Part shown: one piece after another, positions 27,477 through 36,830 of the stretch
Position numbering within the stretch: the first letter of the stretch is position 1
How the letters are laid out: each line of letters starts with the position of its first letter
Origin: a virus
Taxonomy: Duplodnaviria > Caudoviricetes
Reading direction: 5' to 3' (one strand)
DNA: 64,000 nucleotides
IMG/VR virus record: IMGVR_UViG_2934336660_000001
Span: 38,900 to 102,899 of that record
The notes under the pieces: model-generated
What the model was told of the DNA's origin: nothing
Seen by the model: only the letters and a program-made list of their open reading frames with translations
The model's database searches: none
Program-made: the position numbers and the translations under genes

Positions 27477-27881
27477 TCAGAGGCCGCCGCGCTGCCGGTC
27501 CGCGACGGAACCCGGCTCCGGCTCACCCTCCACACCCTCCACCGGGGCGGGCTCCACCACCGGAGCCTCGTAGCCGTCATCCGCCGACTCGACGGCGGTA
27601 CGCAGCGACTCCACGTCCGACTTGATGCCGTCCACGATCTCCTGCTGCTCCGAGGACAGCTCACCGTCCTGAAGGTCGATGACTCGCTGCTCCAGACGCG
27701 CGATGGCGTCCCGCAGGTTCGTTGCCGAAGCGGCCTGCGCGTCGGCGAGCCCGGTGAGCCGGGTCTGAAGGTCACCCATCTCGTCGCTGAACTTACCCAT
27801 CTTGATCTCCTGCCTGTGCAGTGCTGTGCGCACCTCGGCGATTCCAAGGCGGCGTTGTAGGTAGCCCCACATGCCTGTCAC
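27477..27881 (-). CDS. coiled-coil hypothetical protein
   Basis: GTGA-coupled to the portal gene; strong codon bias. Confidence 0.65.
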   Translation of the reverse strand: MTGMWGYLQRRLGIAEVRTALHRQEIKMGKFSDEMGDLQTRLTGLADAQAASATNLRDAIARLEQRVIDLQDGELSSEQQEIVDGIKSDVESLRTAVESADDGYEAPVVEPAPVEGVEGEPEPGSVADRQRGGL

Positions 27882-29602
27882 CCCCGCGTCCGTCGTTTGG
27901 GCTGCCGCTGTGGGGTGGGTATCGGCAGCGTGAGCTGTTCGACGGCTTCTGTCGCCGGTCCGTCACCCGGGTCCGGTTCGTCGTCGGGTTCGTCGTCTGG
28001 TGCCATCCGACCCGGACCCGTGTCGGCGGGGTCGCCGCCAGCACGCTGCCGGTCCGCCGCAGGTGAGCCGAGGGGTGCGGGCCAGTGAAATTCGCCGTCA
28101 GGGCCGACCATGGCTTCCACCAGTTGGTCGACGTTGCGCACACCCAGCGCGGTGAGCAGCAGCCGGGCGATTACCTCGGGTGGGATGGTGCCCGTGCCGT
28201 TGGCCTCCACCACCGATTTCACAATGGTGGCCGGGTCAACCTTGTCCAACCGCGGCCACGTGATGTCGATGGTGGGGTCCGTGTTCCCAGCCAAAGACAC
28301 GATTTCTCGACCGGTCCACGGGTCGGCGGCGATGGTGCCCTGCAACCGTCCCCGTGTTGCCCGCACCGACTCGGTGATCACATACCGGAGCATGCGGTGC
28401 AGCACCGCAGCCCACAGGTCGCGGCGCTGGTTCATGGTGCCCTCGGTGGGCCTGTCCAGTGTTTCCGCTGTGGCGCGGGCACCGGTCACACCGGGGTCAC
28501 CCAGCAACCATGTAACCGGGATGTCGAGCGCCGAGGCGACCATCGCAGCGAGGGGGCGACCCGAATCGGAGTCGAGGGTCGCGCCGGACTTGGAAACCGC
28601 CTCCAACTGCACGTCCGGGGGCAGCACCGCGGTTGCGCCGGCGTGCAACGGTTCACCGGTGCCCGGATCCCGCGGTGGCGGGCCAGCGAGGCGGGTTCGC
28701 ACTGCGGCGTTGCGGCCACCGGGTGCGCTGGCTTTCCACGCGTACCGGGACAGGGACCGCATCAAGCGGGCCCAGTCTTCCAAGAACTCTTTGTATGCTC
28801 TTGCCCAGTCCACGGCGGCGTACGCGTCCGGGATGCCCCGCTGCCACCCCAACGGCTGGTTGACGGGCACGTGCAGCACCGGCGAGTACCAGTCGACGTT
28901 CTTGCCGGCGTAGGTGCCGGGTCGCACCTCCGGCCGGTAGTCGACGTCCGGGTACAACTGCTCGCGGGTTGATCGCAGCGGGTTGCCCTGACCATCGCGG
29001 TCGATGTGCGTCCACCGGCGCAGGTAGTACCAGGGGGTGGCGGCGTCCTCCGGATCGCAGATGATTTCCGCAATCTCATCGGCGGGCAGGGTCCGCACCT
29101 GCACATGGCCCGTGGTGGGCCTAGTGAACAAGGCGAAAAACACTTCCCCGTCACACCCAAGCCCGAACTTCTCCAACTGGTCCCGGGCGGCGGCACCGGT
29201 GGCGCAACGCTCATTCGACGGGTCCGTCAAAAACGCGTGCACCACCGCCTGAACATCCTGCTCGCCGCCCTCACGGCCGTTAGCGCGGGCAGTGATCTCC
29301 ACACCCTGGCCCCACACGTACGCCGACCGCAGGTTCAAACCCCGCTTGATCAGCGGCTGTTTGATCGCGAACAGGCGGCAAATCGCCCGCATCTGCGTCA
29401 TCGCCTCAGGGGAGAACTCGTGCTCGCCCTGGGCGGTCAGACGAATCCAACCCGGCTCGTACAACGCCCGCTGCAAGTCGGCAACCGACTCTTGCAGCAG
29501 TTCGTTGTTGTTGACTTCCTGGTTGAGGCGAGTCAGCAGGTGCTCCACCTGCTCGTGCAAATCAACCTCAGCGGACGGGGCAACCTCGGCGGTTTCCTGC
29601 AC
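27878..29602 (-). CDS. portal protein
   Basis: 574 aa after the terminase; 'DGEVF..GIPD..LGDP..ATA'. Confidence 0.85.
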   Translation of the reverse strand: MQETAEVAPSAEVDLHEQVEHLLTRLNQEVNNNELLQESVADLQRALYEPGWIRLTAQGEHEFSPEAMTQMRAICRLFAIKQPLIKRGLNLRSAYVWGQGVEITARANGREGGEQDVQAVVHAFLTDPSNERCATGAAARDQLEKFGLGCDGEVFFALFTRPTTGHVQVRTLPADEIAEIICDPEDAATPWYYLRRWTHIDRDGQGNPLRSTREQLYPDVDYRPEVRPGTYAGKNVDWYSPVLHVPVNQPLGWQRGIPDAYAAVDWARAYKEFLEDWARLMRSLSRYAWKASAPGGRNAAVRTRLAGPPPRDPGTGEPLHAGATAVLPPDVQLEAVSKSGATLDSDSGRPLAAMVASALDIPVTWLLGDPGVTGARATAETLDRPTEGTMNQRRDLWAAVLHRMLRYVITESVRATRGRLQGTIAADPWTGREIVSLAGNTDPTIDITWPRLDKVDPATIVKSVVEANGTGTIPPEVIARLLLTALGVRNVDQLVEAMVGPDGEFHWPAPLGSPAADRQRAGGDPADTGPGRMAPDDEPDDEPDPGDGPATEAVEQLTLPIPTPQRQPKRRTRG

Positions 29603-29623
29603 GACAGGTCACCCCCTGCCAGG

Positions 29624-31150
29624 TCAGACGGGCGAAATTTCGAAGTCAGCGTCGTCGGCATCCTCGTACACGTCCGCTTCGCTGGCAGGGGTCGGCGGCG
29701 ATGTCAACATCAACGCGTCCGCCTTGTCCGGTGACGGCATGCCCCGCTTGCGCATGTCGTCCTTCGACTCAATCTGAATCTGACCCCGCGACGTGAACTT
29801 GTACTTCATCGACCCGAGCTGCGCCGCCAGCTCGTCGTCATCCGGGTCAAGGTCCACGTCCCCGTCCTCGAACCTCTGACGGAGGCTCCAATACCACTCA
29901 GCGCGGGCATTGACGAAGTGCTCGCGGTCAACGGCACCGCCGCCGGCCTGCATGTCGACCACGTCATGGCCGTGCTCAACCAACTGGTCGACGACACCGC
30001 CACCCACACCCACACCGTCCACGCGAACCTCGTCCACGGACCGGTCACGAACCGCCTGCACAACCCGGCCAGTGGTTTCGGTGGTGGACTGCTTCGCGTA
30101 GTCGCCGATCACCCTCGCCACCGGGCCCTGCCGTAACAACAGGATGGTGCGGTCGGAACCGTACCGGGCCACGTCCACACCAAGGATTGACCACGGCCCG
30201 GGGCCGCAGGTGCGCTCCTGTGCGGCAAGAATCCACGTGGGTGGTATCAACACGTCCTCGCCGATGTCGGGGAACTCCCCGAGCACCTTCGACGTGAACC
30301 GCGGTGATTCGACACCCCAGCGGCGAATCTTGTCTGCCACCCACTCGGGGTCCAGCATCAACGGGCGCAGCCCGTCGGGCACCAGCTCGGTAGAGGGACC
30401 CAGCCCCAGCCGCTCAAATAGGTCAGCTAGGCCGGGCTGTTCGGCGATCCGCTCCGCCGTCATGTTTGGCGTCTCCAACCCGGAGATCCGAATGACCTTC
30501 CACCCGGAGCCGGGCTTACACACCTGGTTGAACTCCGTCGCCGGGTCGTCCGGGTTCCCGATCGCCAAGATGCGGCAGTCGGCGTTCGTGGTGATCGCCT
30601 CCACGGCGGTCCATAACTGGGCGGGTATACCGCACGCCTCATCGAGGATCACCAGCACGTACCGGCGGTGAATGCCCTGGAACCCATGCTCGTCCGTGTC
30701 CGCCGGCTTCCGGCCGAACCCGATGAGGGTGCCATCGTCAAGTTTCCACTCATCCGACTGCAACACCCTGCCCGGCAGCGGGTCACCGCGGCCGGCGGCC
30801 TTCTTTGCCGCCGCCCGGATCTCTTCCCACAGAATCGCGTGAACCTGCTTGTACGTGGGCGCCGTCGACACCACGAACGCCTCGCCTGGCGGGTGTGTGT
30901 CCAACCACCACGCTGCGACGCGAGAGGCGATCCACGACTTGCCGGCGTTGTGGCACGACTTCACCGCAGTCCGACGGTTGTCCCGCACCGACTCGGCGAT
31001 CTCCCGCTGCTTCGACCACAGAAACTCACCCAGGCGGTTCTGACACCAACCCACCGGGTCGTTCAGGTACGGCGACAGCGGGGCGGGCTCGAACATGCGG
31101 GCTGCGGCTTCGAACGGGTCGACGGGGGGCGCGAACACGGAGGCTGTCAC
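29624..31150 (-). CDS. terL: terminase large subunit
   Basis: SCHNAGKS Walker A; VILDEA; IGNP; GVDVARYGSD; SPDKADAL. Confidence 0.92.
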   Translation of the reverse strand: MTASVFAPPVDPFEAAARMFEPAPLSPYLNDPVGWCQNRLGEFLWSKQREIAESVRDNRRTAVKSCHNAGKSWIASRVAAWWLDTHPPGEAFVVSTAPTYKQVHAILWEEIRAAAKKAAGRGDPLPGRVLQSDEWKLDDGTLIGFGRKPADTDEHGFQGIHRRYVLVILDEACGIPAQLWTAVEAITTNADCRILAIGNPDDPATEFNQVCKPGSGWKVIRISGLETPNMTAERIAEQPGLADLFERLGLGPSTELVPDGLRPLMLDPEWVADKIRRWGVESPRFTSKVLGEFPDIGEDVLIPPTWILAAQERTCGPGPWSILGVDVARYGSDRTILLLRQGPVARVIGDYAKQSTTETTGRVVQAVRDRSVDEVRVDGVGVGGGVVDQLVEHGHDVVDMQAGGGAVDREHFVNARAEWYWSLRQRFEDGDVDLDPDDDELAAQLGSMKYKFTSRGQIQIESKDDMRKRGMPSPDKADALMLTSPPTPASEADVYEDADDADFEISPV

Positions 31151-31159
31151 GCCGACCCC

Positions 31160-31777
31160 CTACGCCGCCACCCCAACGGACACTGCTCGCAGGCGCATCG
31201 GCACCACCGTGGCCACCCGCGCCTGCTGCTCCGGCGACAAGTCCAGGTCGCCCAAAATCGCTTTGATGACCCCGGCGAGCATCGCACCCTGCTGCTCCGC
31301 CAACTTCACGCGGCGTTCTTCCAGGCCGGCGCCGATGGCTTCCTTGCACACCTTGACGAGCCGGTCACGCTCCGACTGCCACAACTTCACCCAGACATTC
31401 ACCTCAGCGGCCCGGGTGGTGTCGACGCCCGGAAACTCGCCCGCGTCCTTGGTGATCTCAGAGGTGACACCCCAGACGACCTGCTCGGCTTGAAGCGCCT
31501 GAACCTGCTGGTGCAACCACTCGACCGCGCCTGCCGTCCGGTGCACTTCTTCTAGCAGCGCATCCCGGGGGTCAACCTCGCGGGGCAGCCCGAACGTGGC
31601 GACAGCCTTTGCAGCCTCCGCGACCTGAATGCGCACCTCGGCGGCAGCCTTCGCCTGGGGGGAGGCGCCACCGTGGTTGCGGCACACCTTCTGACCCTTC
31701 ATCGGCCACTTGGTGCAGCGTTCCCCGTTGGTGCGGCGACCTGCGCATTTCGGCTTTTCGCTGGGGGCCGGCTTCAT
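31160..31777 (-). CDS. terS: terminase small subunit (HGG-motif type)
   Basis: C..C..CRNHGGASPQ; upstream of terL. Confidence 0.75.
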   Translation of the reverse strand: MKPAPSEKPKCAGRRTNGERCTKWPMKGQKVCRNHGGASPQAKAAAEVRIQVAEAAKAVATFGLPREVDPRDALLEEVHRTAGAVEWLHQQVQALQAEQVVWGVTSEITKDAGEFPGVDTTRAAEVNVWVKLWQSERDRLVKVCKEAIGAGLEERRVKLAEQQGAMLAGVIKAILGDLDLSPEQQARVATVVPMRLRAVSVGVAA

Positions 31778-31907
31778 GGGTCGATCACCGCCGTCCCGGT
31801 TTCTTGGGTGGTGAACGGCTGGTGCCCCGAGGCGCGTGCTGGGGATGACGCGCCTCGGGGCCGCCTGTGTGGGGTCAGCGGGTTACCAACTGCCCCAGGA
31901 ATGCCGA

Positions 31908-31942
31908 AAGCCCGCCAGAACCGTTTCCGGTTTGGCGGGCTT
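31908..31942 (-). terminator. hairpin just downstream of the late promoter
   Basis: AAGCCCGCCA..TGGCGGGCTT stem. Confidence 0.6.
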
Positions 31943-31965
31943 CGAAGACACGTCTCCTACGCGTG

Positions 31966-31994
31966 ACTGTGACGGATCACGAGGATCTTGTCAA
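31966..31994 (-). promoter_or_regulatory. putative late promoter
   Basis: TTGACA-17bp-CACAGT on the minus strand upstream of terS. Confidence 0.65.
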
Positions 31995-32408
31995 CTGACC
32001 CTTCCGGTGTTTCGCCTGGATCACAGTTGTTGCGGCGTCGCGGACGTTTTTGGCGAGGTAGGTGCGGGCTTTGCTTCGCCACCCGAAGCGGGGCAGCAGT
32101 GGTTGGCCGGGCTTGTCGGGGTGGGGGGTGCACGCCCATTGGCGGATGACGTCTTCGCTGACGTTGACCAAAGCGGCGGCTTCGGCGGTGGTGATGGCGT
32201 CGGTGTCGTCGACAGTGACCGTGGTGGGGGTGACCCACGTTTCGCCGAAGTTGTTGGCCACCTGGTCGGCTTGGTCGCAGGCGTCCGGGTCGAGGGCGCG
32301 AAGTCTGGCCCGGTACATGTGGGCGATTTTGCGGGCGCGGTCGGTGGCGTTGTCGCCGGGGATGGGCCATTCGCCGCGACGGCCTTGAACGTCGAGATCG
32401 GGGTTCAT
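31977..32408 (-). CDS. HTH (excisionase/MerR-like) protein
   Basis: ITTAEAAALVNVSEDVIRQWA. Confidence 0.7.
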   Translation of the reverse strand: MNPDLDVQGRRGEWPIPGDNATDRARKIAHMYRARLRALDPDACDQADQVANNFGETWVTPTTVTVDDTDAITTAEAAALVNVSEDVIRQWACTPHPDKPGQPLLPRFGWRSKARTYLAKNVRDAATTVIQAKHRKGQLTRSS

Positions 32409-33151
32409 GCTGCCACCCGGTCGCGGTTTGGCCACACCAGTTGGGTGACGTACTGCTGGTAGTCGCCGTGGGGCCAGGTGGTGTGGCAGTTGGCGCAGTA
32501 CACGTCGCAGGGGTCGTCGGCGTGGCGGGGGTCGTCGCGGTGCAACTCGTTGAGTCCGCAGCCGGAGCAGGTGCCGGGCAAATGGGTGGTGCGGTGGGTG
32601 CGGCCGAGCATGCCGCGGGCACGCTGGTGGAGGTGTTGCAGGTGGTGGATGGCTTCCCACCCGGCCATGGTGGTGGGTGGGTCTTCACAACCGGTGGGGT
32701 ACACGTCGGTGCCGCCGAGCACGGCCAACTGTCGGAGGCGGGGGAGCAGGACGCGTACGGCGTCGTCGAGTTGCCGGCCGGGCCGCCGGGGTTGGGTGTT
32801 GCGGGGGCTGAGGTGGCTGATGTCGCGGATGACGTCTTCCCACGTCGTGGCGGCGTGCACGATTTCCGCCTGTAGCGCCTCAGCTTGGCCGTTCAACGGC
32901 ATGGGTGGGGCGGCTTTCCCGCTGGGCTGCATGTTGAGCGCCTGCGACAGTGACGGGCCTTGCAACTGTTCAAGGTCCACGTAGTCGTAGACGAGGTTGC
33001 GGACGTCCCGTTCGGCTGCGGTTAGGCAGTCGTCGCACAGGGGGTTGGTGGTGACGGGTGCGGCGGCCGGCGGTTTCGCCGTGTGGTTGTAGGCGCGGCA
33101 GCGGGTGTCGGAGACGCAGTGCCGTCCGCTGGTGTCGGTGGTGTCGTGCAT
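32405..33151 (-). CDS. zinc-finger protein, candidate late regulator
   Basis: Several CxxC pairs; lambda-Q-like position. Confidence 0.6.
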   Translation of the reverse strand: MHDTTDTSGRHCVSDTRCRAYNHTAKPPAAAPVTTNPLCDDCLTAAERDVRNLVYDYVDLEQLQGPSLSQALNMQPSGKAAPPMPLNGQAEALQAEIVHAATTWEDVIRDISHLSPRNTQPRRPGRQLDDAVRVLLPRLRQLAVLGGTDVYPTGCEDPPTTMAGWEAIHHLQHLHQRARGMLGRTHRTTHLPGTCSGCGLNELHRDDPRHADDPCDVYCANCHTTWPHGDYQQYVTQLVWPNRDRVAA

Positions 33152-33256
33152 GTGGCTGGTCTCCGATCGGCGCAGTTACGCTGGCGGTGACCCTGACTGA
33201 TGTGGGGTGTTGGTGTTGGCGGCGGTCGGAATTGCGGTCCGGCCGCCGCTGCCGTT

Positions 33257-33502
33257 TCAGTCCGTCCAGGGTTGCAGGAGCGGCACCGTTCGGGTTTGGG
33301 TGATGGGCCGGTATCCGTCGGTCATGATGGTTCCGGACTCGTCTCGGACGACGTAGCTGACTGTGATGCGGCTGCCGTTCAGGTGGATGGGTTCCTGTTC
33401 GGGCATCTGGTCGGGGTCGAGGTTGTTGGCACGGAGCCATTCGAGTAGCCGCGCTCGGTCGTTGGGGTCGCTGAGGTTGAGTCCGCTAGCGGGGTTGGTC
33501 AT
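33257..33502 (-). CDS. hypothetical protein
   Basis: ATGA-coupled; WLRANNLDP. Confidence 0.6.
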   Translation of the reverse strand: MTNPASGLNLSDPNDRARLLEWLRANNLDPDQMPEQEPIHLNGSRITVSYVVRDESGTIMTDGYRPITQTRTVPLLQPWTD

Positions 33503-33819
33503 TGTGGCCCCCACTCGGGTCGATACCCGGGCAGGCCGGCGTATGACAGGCCCACGGTTTTCAGCAGCAGCTCTGGGACGTCTGGCTCTGGGTAGGTAGA
33601 GAATTCGGACCAGATCGTGTCTTCCAGCTTGACGACCTCCGGATGCACGGTGTCGAGCATGTGCCGCTTGGAGTCCACGTCGGCCAGCAGCAGGTTCGCC
33701 GCCTCTGTCAGGAGGGCCGCCGTTTCGACGGGCAGCGCGGCTGCGAGGGTCTTGAGCGCTTCGGCTGTGTGCCGCCGGTTCTCAAGCTGCTGGTCCAGCC
33801 AAACCGTCAGGTCGTTCAT
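33499..33819 (-). CDS. DUF6221-like protein
   Basis: DL..WL..Q..ADVDSKR..Y..LPGYRPEW. Confidence 0.65.
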   Translation of the reverse strand: MNDLTVWLDQQLENRRHTAEALKTLAAALPVETAALLTEAANLLLADVDSKRHMLDTVHPEVVKLEDTIWSEFSTYPEPDVPELLLKTVGLSYAGLPGYRPEWGPQ

Positions 33820-34154
33820 GGCCGCCACCCTTCCTGGTACCCAGGTTCACCTGCGAACGGCACCGCGAGCAGCCGGATGGTGGTGCAGGTGTCGCACAGG
33901 TCGATTTCTTGCCCATCCCAAGGGTTGTTGATGGCGGGCACCGTGAAGCAGTGGTCGCACACACCGGCCTCGGTGCGGTGCTCAACGATGATGCGCCGCT
34001 TCGTGTCAGCGTCGGCGATCAGGTAGTCGCCGACCTGGGCCAGCAGTTGCCCAACCTCAGGTGGCTCGGTGGTGGCGAGGGCGTGCAGGGTTCGCCCGGT
34101 GTGGCGTTGGTTCTCCAACTGCTGGTCCAGCCACGGCACCAGATGCGCGGTCAC
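33816..34154 (-). CDS. DUF6221-like protein (paralog)
   Basis: WLDQQLE..ADADTKRRII..C.TIRLLAVPF..PGYQEGWRP. Confidence 0.7.
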   Translation of the reverse strand: MTAHLVPWLDQQLENQRHTGRTLHALATTEPPEVGQLLAQVGDYLIADADTKRRIIVEHRTEAGVCDHCFTVPAINNPWDGQEIDLCDTCTTIRLLAVPFAGEPGYQEGWRP

Positions 34155-34507
34155 GGCCGCCTCTGACTCTGTGTAGTCACAAACCCCGTGTTGGAGATCA
34201 TCGTGGGGTTGTCGGTGACACTGGGTGTATCAACTGCCGCGCCACCACGCCGTTGGGTCGGCAGCAACGGTGCGTCATCCCAGTCCGCCCCGCACACGTC
34301 CGCGGCTTCCCGCTCATGGCTGTCACACAAGTCGAGGGTGTCGCCGGTGCGCCGGTACATGCCGAACAGGTGCCCACCACGGGTCACCCGCCAGCGGACG
34401 TGCGGTGGAACAGGGCAGTCTGGGGCGGCGCAGAGGCGCGGCTGGTACCGGTGGTCGAGGGCAATGCGCGGCGCTGGTTCAGTGGTGGTGTTGGTTGGTG
34501 TGGTCAT
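34151..34507 (-). CDS. hypothetical Cys-containing protein
   Basis: RBS GGGGGG; coupled to the next gene. Confidence 0.5.
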   Translation of the reverse strand: MTTPTNTTTEPAPRIALDHRYQPRLCAAPDCPVPPHVRWRVTRGGHLFGMYRRTGDTLDLCDSHEREAADVCGADWDDAPLLPTQRRGGAAVDTPSVTDNPTMISNTGFVTTQSQRRP

Positions 34508-34768
34508 TGTGCCCCCCGGTGTTGTGTCCCCGGATTCATCTTGCCTGATCACCGGCACCGCCAGCCTGCCTGCCTGCGCGGTGCGGGCAAGCAGGTCGAG
34601 CAGGGTTGGTCCGGCTTGCCCATCACCGCGGGGCCGCGCGATGGACGGCGGGGTGATGCCGTGCTCACGTGCGCAGCCCGAGCCGAGCCCTTGAACGAGC
34701 GGGCCTTTCGGCACGCGTCGGCCGCAGGAGTCGCAATGGCGGGGCTCGGCCGGGCAGCAGCGGCAGAG

Positions 34769-35029
34769 TCATCGGGTCCTCTGGTTCGGGATCTTGGCGG
34801 GCTTCGGCTTCTGACCGCGCTCGTTGTGTTGGAATCCGGCCTTCCGCAGGTCCCGGCGCAACGCGTTCAGGCTGTTCGTGTCCGATGCGCTCGACGGGGT
34901 GGTGGTGACCAGCAGGCCGCTCGGGTTCCAGATTTTGACGTGGCCGGACCTTGCGAACTCCACCCGCCACCGGGCGCGCCTCAACGCCTTGAACAGTCGC
35001 AGGCGGTCCGAGCCGTCGCGGTTGCTCAC
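34769..35029 (-). CDS. HicA-like (dsRBD-fold) toxin homolog
   Basis: L..ARWRVE..RSGHVKI..P.G..TT..S.SD..N..RDLRKAG. Confidence 0.65.
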   Translation of the reverse strand: MSNRDGSDRLRLFKALRRARWRVEFARSGHVKIWNPSGLLVTTTPSSASDTNSLNALRRDLRKAGFQHNERGQKPKPAKIPNQRTR

Positions 35030-35538
35030 CGGCCCACCCCGCCGGGCTTTCGACGCCGCAGGCAACGCCACAGGGTGCGCCACATCGGCGGGGCTGAGAC
35101 GTCCACGGTGGTGATGAACCCGGTGGCCACCGGCACGCCCATGTTCTGCCGCGCCAACCACTGGTTGTGCACCGCGGCGATGTGCTCGGCGATCTCCCGG
35201 GTCATTACCAAATCGACGGCCATCCTGCCCCCATTGAGCGGGCCGGCACCGTTGATGCTGACCGCCCACCCGCCGATCTCGTCGTTGACCACCGCAGCCC
35301 ATCGGGCGTTGAGGGCTTCCGCGTTGAACGCGGCGGTGGCTGCCCGCGCCCGCATCTCGTCGATGTTGTCCAGCACGGCCGATCGGTCGGGCTCGGCTGA
35401 TGGCGCGGCTAGGAGTGTCGTCAGGGACGCTGCCAGCTCAGGGTTGTTCGGCCGGTACGTGGCGCACCGCCCGTCCACGTGATCAGCTTCGCCCTGACGG
35501 CAGAAGAAGCATGGGGTGTCAGCCACGGTCAGCCTCAT
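35026..35538 (-). CDS. hypothetical protein
   Basis: CFFC..H..C N-terminus; coupled. Confidence 0.55.
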   Translation of the reverse strand: MRLTVADTPCFFCRQGEADHVDGRCATYRPNNPELAASLTTLLAAPSAEPDRSAVLDNIDEMRARAATAAFNAEALNARWAAVVNDEIGGWAVSINGAGPLNGGRMAVDLVMTREIAEHIAAVHNQWLARQNMGVPVATGFITTVDVSAPPMWRTLWRCLRRRKPGGVGR

Positions 35539-35770
35539 CGGTCGGCTCGGGTGCGGTTGTCCACGGCCCGTGCCACACCTGCCGGTACACCACCTCAGCG
35601 GAGGCGACCGCCGGGTGCCGGCGGGCGGTCGCCGCCATCTGCTCAGCAACACTGTGGGCCAGCAGTGGATCATCTTCGTGACGGATTCTGGTGGTGCCGT
35701 CGCGGTAGGTCACCCGGATGGCGTAGTCAACACCGGCGGGCTCCACATTCGAGAACACCTGCCCGGTCAC
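35519..35770 (-). CDS. hypothetical protein
   Basis: 83 aa, coupled. Confidence 0.55.
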   Translation of the reverse strand: MTGQVFSNVEPAGVDYAIRVTYRDGTTRIRHEDDPLLAHSVAEQMAATARRHPAVASAEVVYRQVWHGPWTTAPEPTDEADRG

Positions 35771-36387
35771 GGCGTCACCTCACCGAGGTCGGTGCGCGGC
35801 TCGATCAGATCACTGAGGTCCCGCAACCAGCGGCAATCCCCCAACGCCGAATGCCGGTCGTACGCCTGCGGGTCAATGCCGCACGCCCGGGAAATGTCGT
35901 CGGACTTGCGAGGCGCTGGCAGTCCACGGCCAAGCAGCCACCCACGGGCCACGCCCGGCACATCCTCGCTGTGGTAGTGCCATGGCGGGGTCATACCAAG
36001 CTCGCCCAGCGACCGGGCCAGCATGTCCGTGTCGAACGACGGGTTCGAGCCGTGGATAATGGCCCGCCCGGACGTCAGTTCGGCGATCTGCGGCAGCACA
36101 TCCAGGATGCGGTACACCCAGTCCAGGCGGGGAACGTCCCACGGGTCCGCCCCGGCGGCGAGGGCCGGGCCGTGTGGATGCCGCTCGTAGAACCGTCCGA
36201 ACTTCAACGAATCGGGGTCGGCGTTTTTGAGGTCAAGGTCGGCGGGGTGGATGAACCACTGGTGTTCGATGTCTGGTTGACCGGGGCGGCGCACGATGAG
36301 GGCGATCTCCCACGGGCGGCGGTAGAAGTCCAAGCCGGTCGTCTCAGTGTCCAGCCACACCCGGGGCTGCGTCGTCGTGTAGCTCAC
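35767..36387 (-). CDS. DnaQ-like 3'-5' exonuclease (DEDDh)
   Basis: LDTETTGL..NPSFD..HSALGD. Confidence 0.88.
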   Translation of the reverse strand: MSYTTTQPRVWLDTETTGLDFYRRPWEIALIVRRPGQPDIEHQWFIHPADLDLKNADPDSLKFGRFYERHPHGPALAAGADPWDVPRLDWVYRILDVLPQIAELTSGRAIIHGSNPSFDTDMLARSLGELGMTPPWHYHSEDVPGVARGWLLGRGLPAPRKSDDISRACGIDPQAYDRHSALGDCRWLRDLSDLIEPRTDLGEVTP

Positions 36388-36830
36388 CGTGTCACCGGCT
36401 TCTTCGGCGCCACCTGGTCGGCGGTGGCCCGCAGGATGTCCCCTGCCAACTGCGGCAGCACCGTGCAGTCGATGACCTTCACGGGGGCGGGGGCGTCGGC
36501 GCCCACGGCGCGGTCATACGCCGCGAGCAGGCAGTTGTAGTCGTCGCACACGTACGCGCCCACGATCCCGTCGGCGGTGGTGGAGTCCTTCCCGCACACG
36601 TCGCATAGGCGCGTCACCTGCACGTCGGCGGCTGGGCTCTCGCGCCGAGCGCGGCCGGCCTGCCACAGCATCGTGTGACGGAGAGCGCCGATGTACACGA
36701 AACGGTCAACGCCCGGCTCGTGATGGGTAACTGGCCCCTCGGCGGTGATGCGGGTGCCGTCGGCGTACGTCTCGGTGATGCGGACCCGCGCGCCGACCGG
36801 CGGCTTCTGGCCAGTCGCGGTGGCGGTCAT
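36384..36830 (-). CDS. hypothetical protein
   Basis: Coupled ORF with CxxC. Confidence 0.55.
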   Translation of the reverse strand: MTATATGQKPPVGARVRITETYADGTRITAEGPVTHHEPGVDRFVYIGALRHTMLWQAGRARRESPAADVQVTRLCDVCGKDSTTADGIVGAYVCDDYNCLLAAYDRAVGADAPAPVKVIDCTVLPQLAGDILRATADQVAPKKPVTR

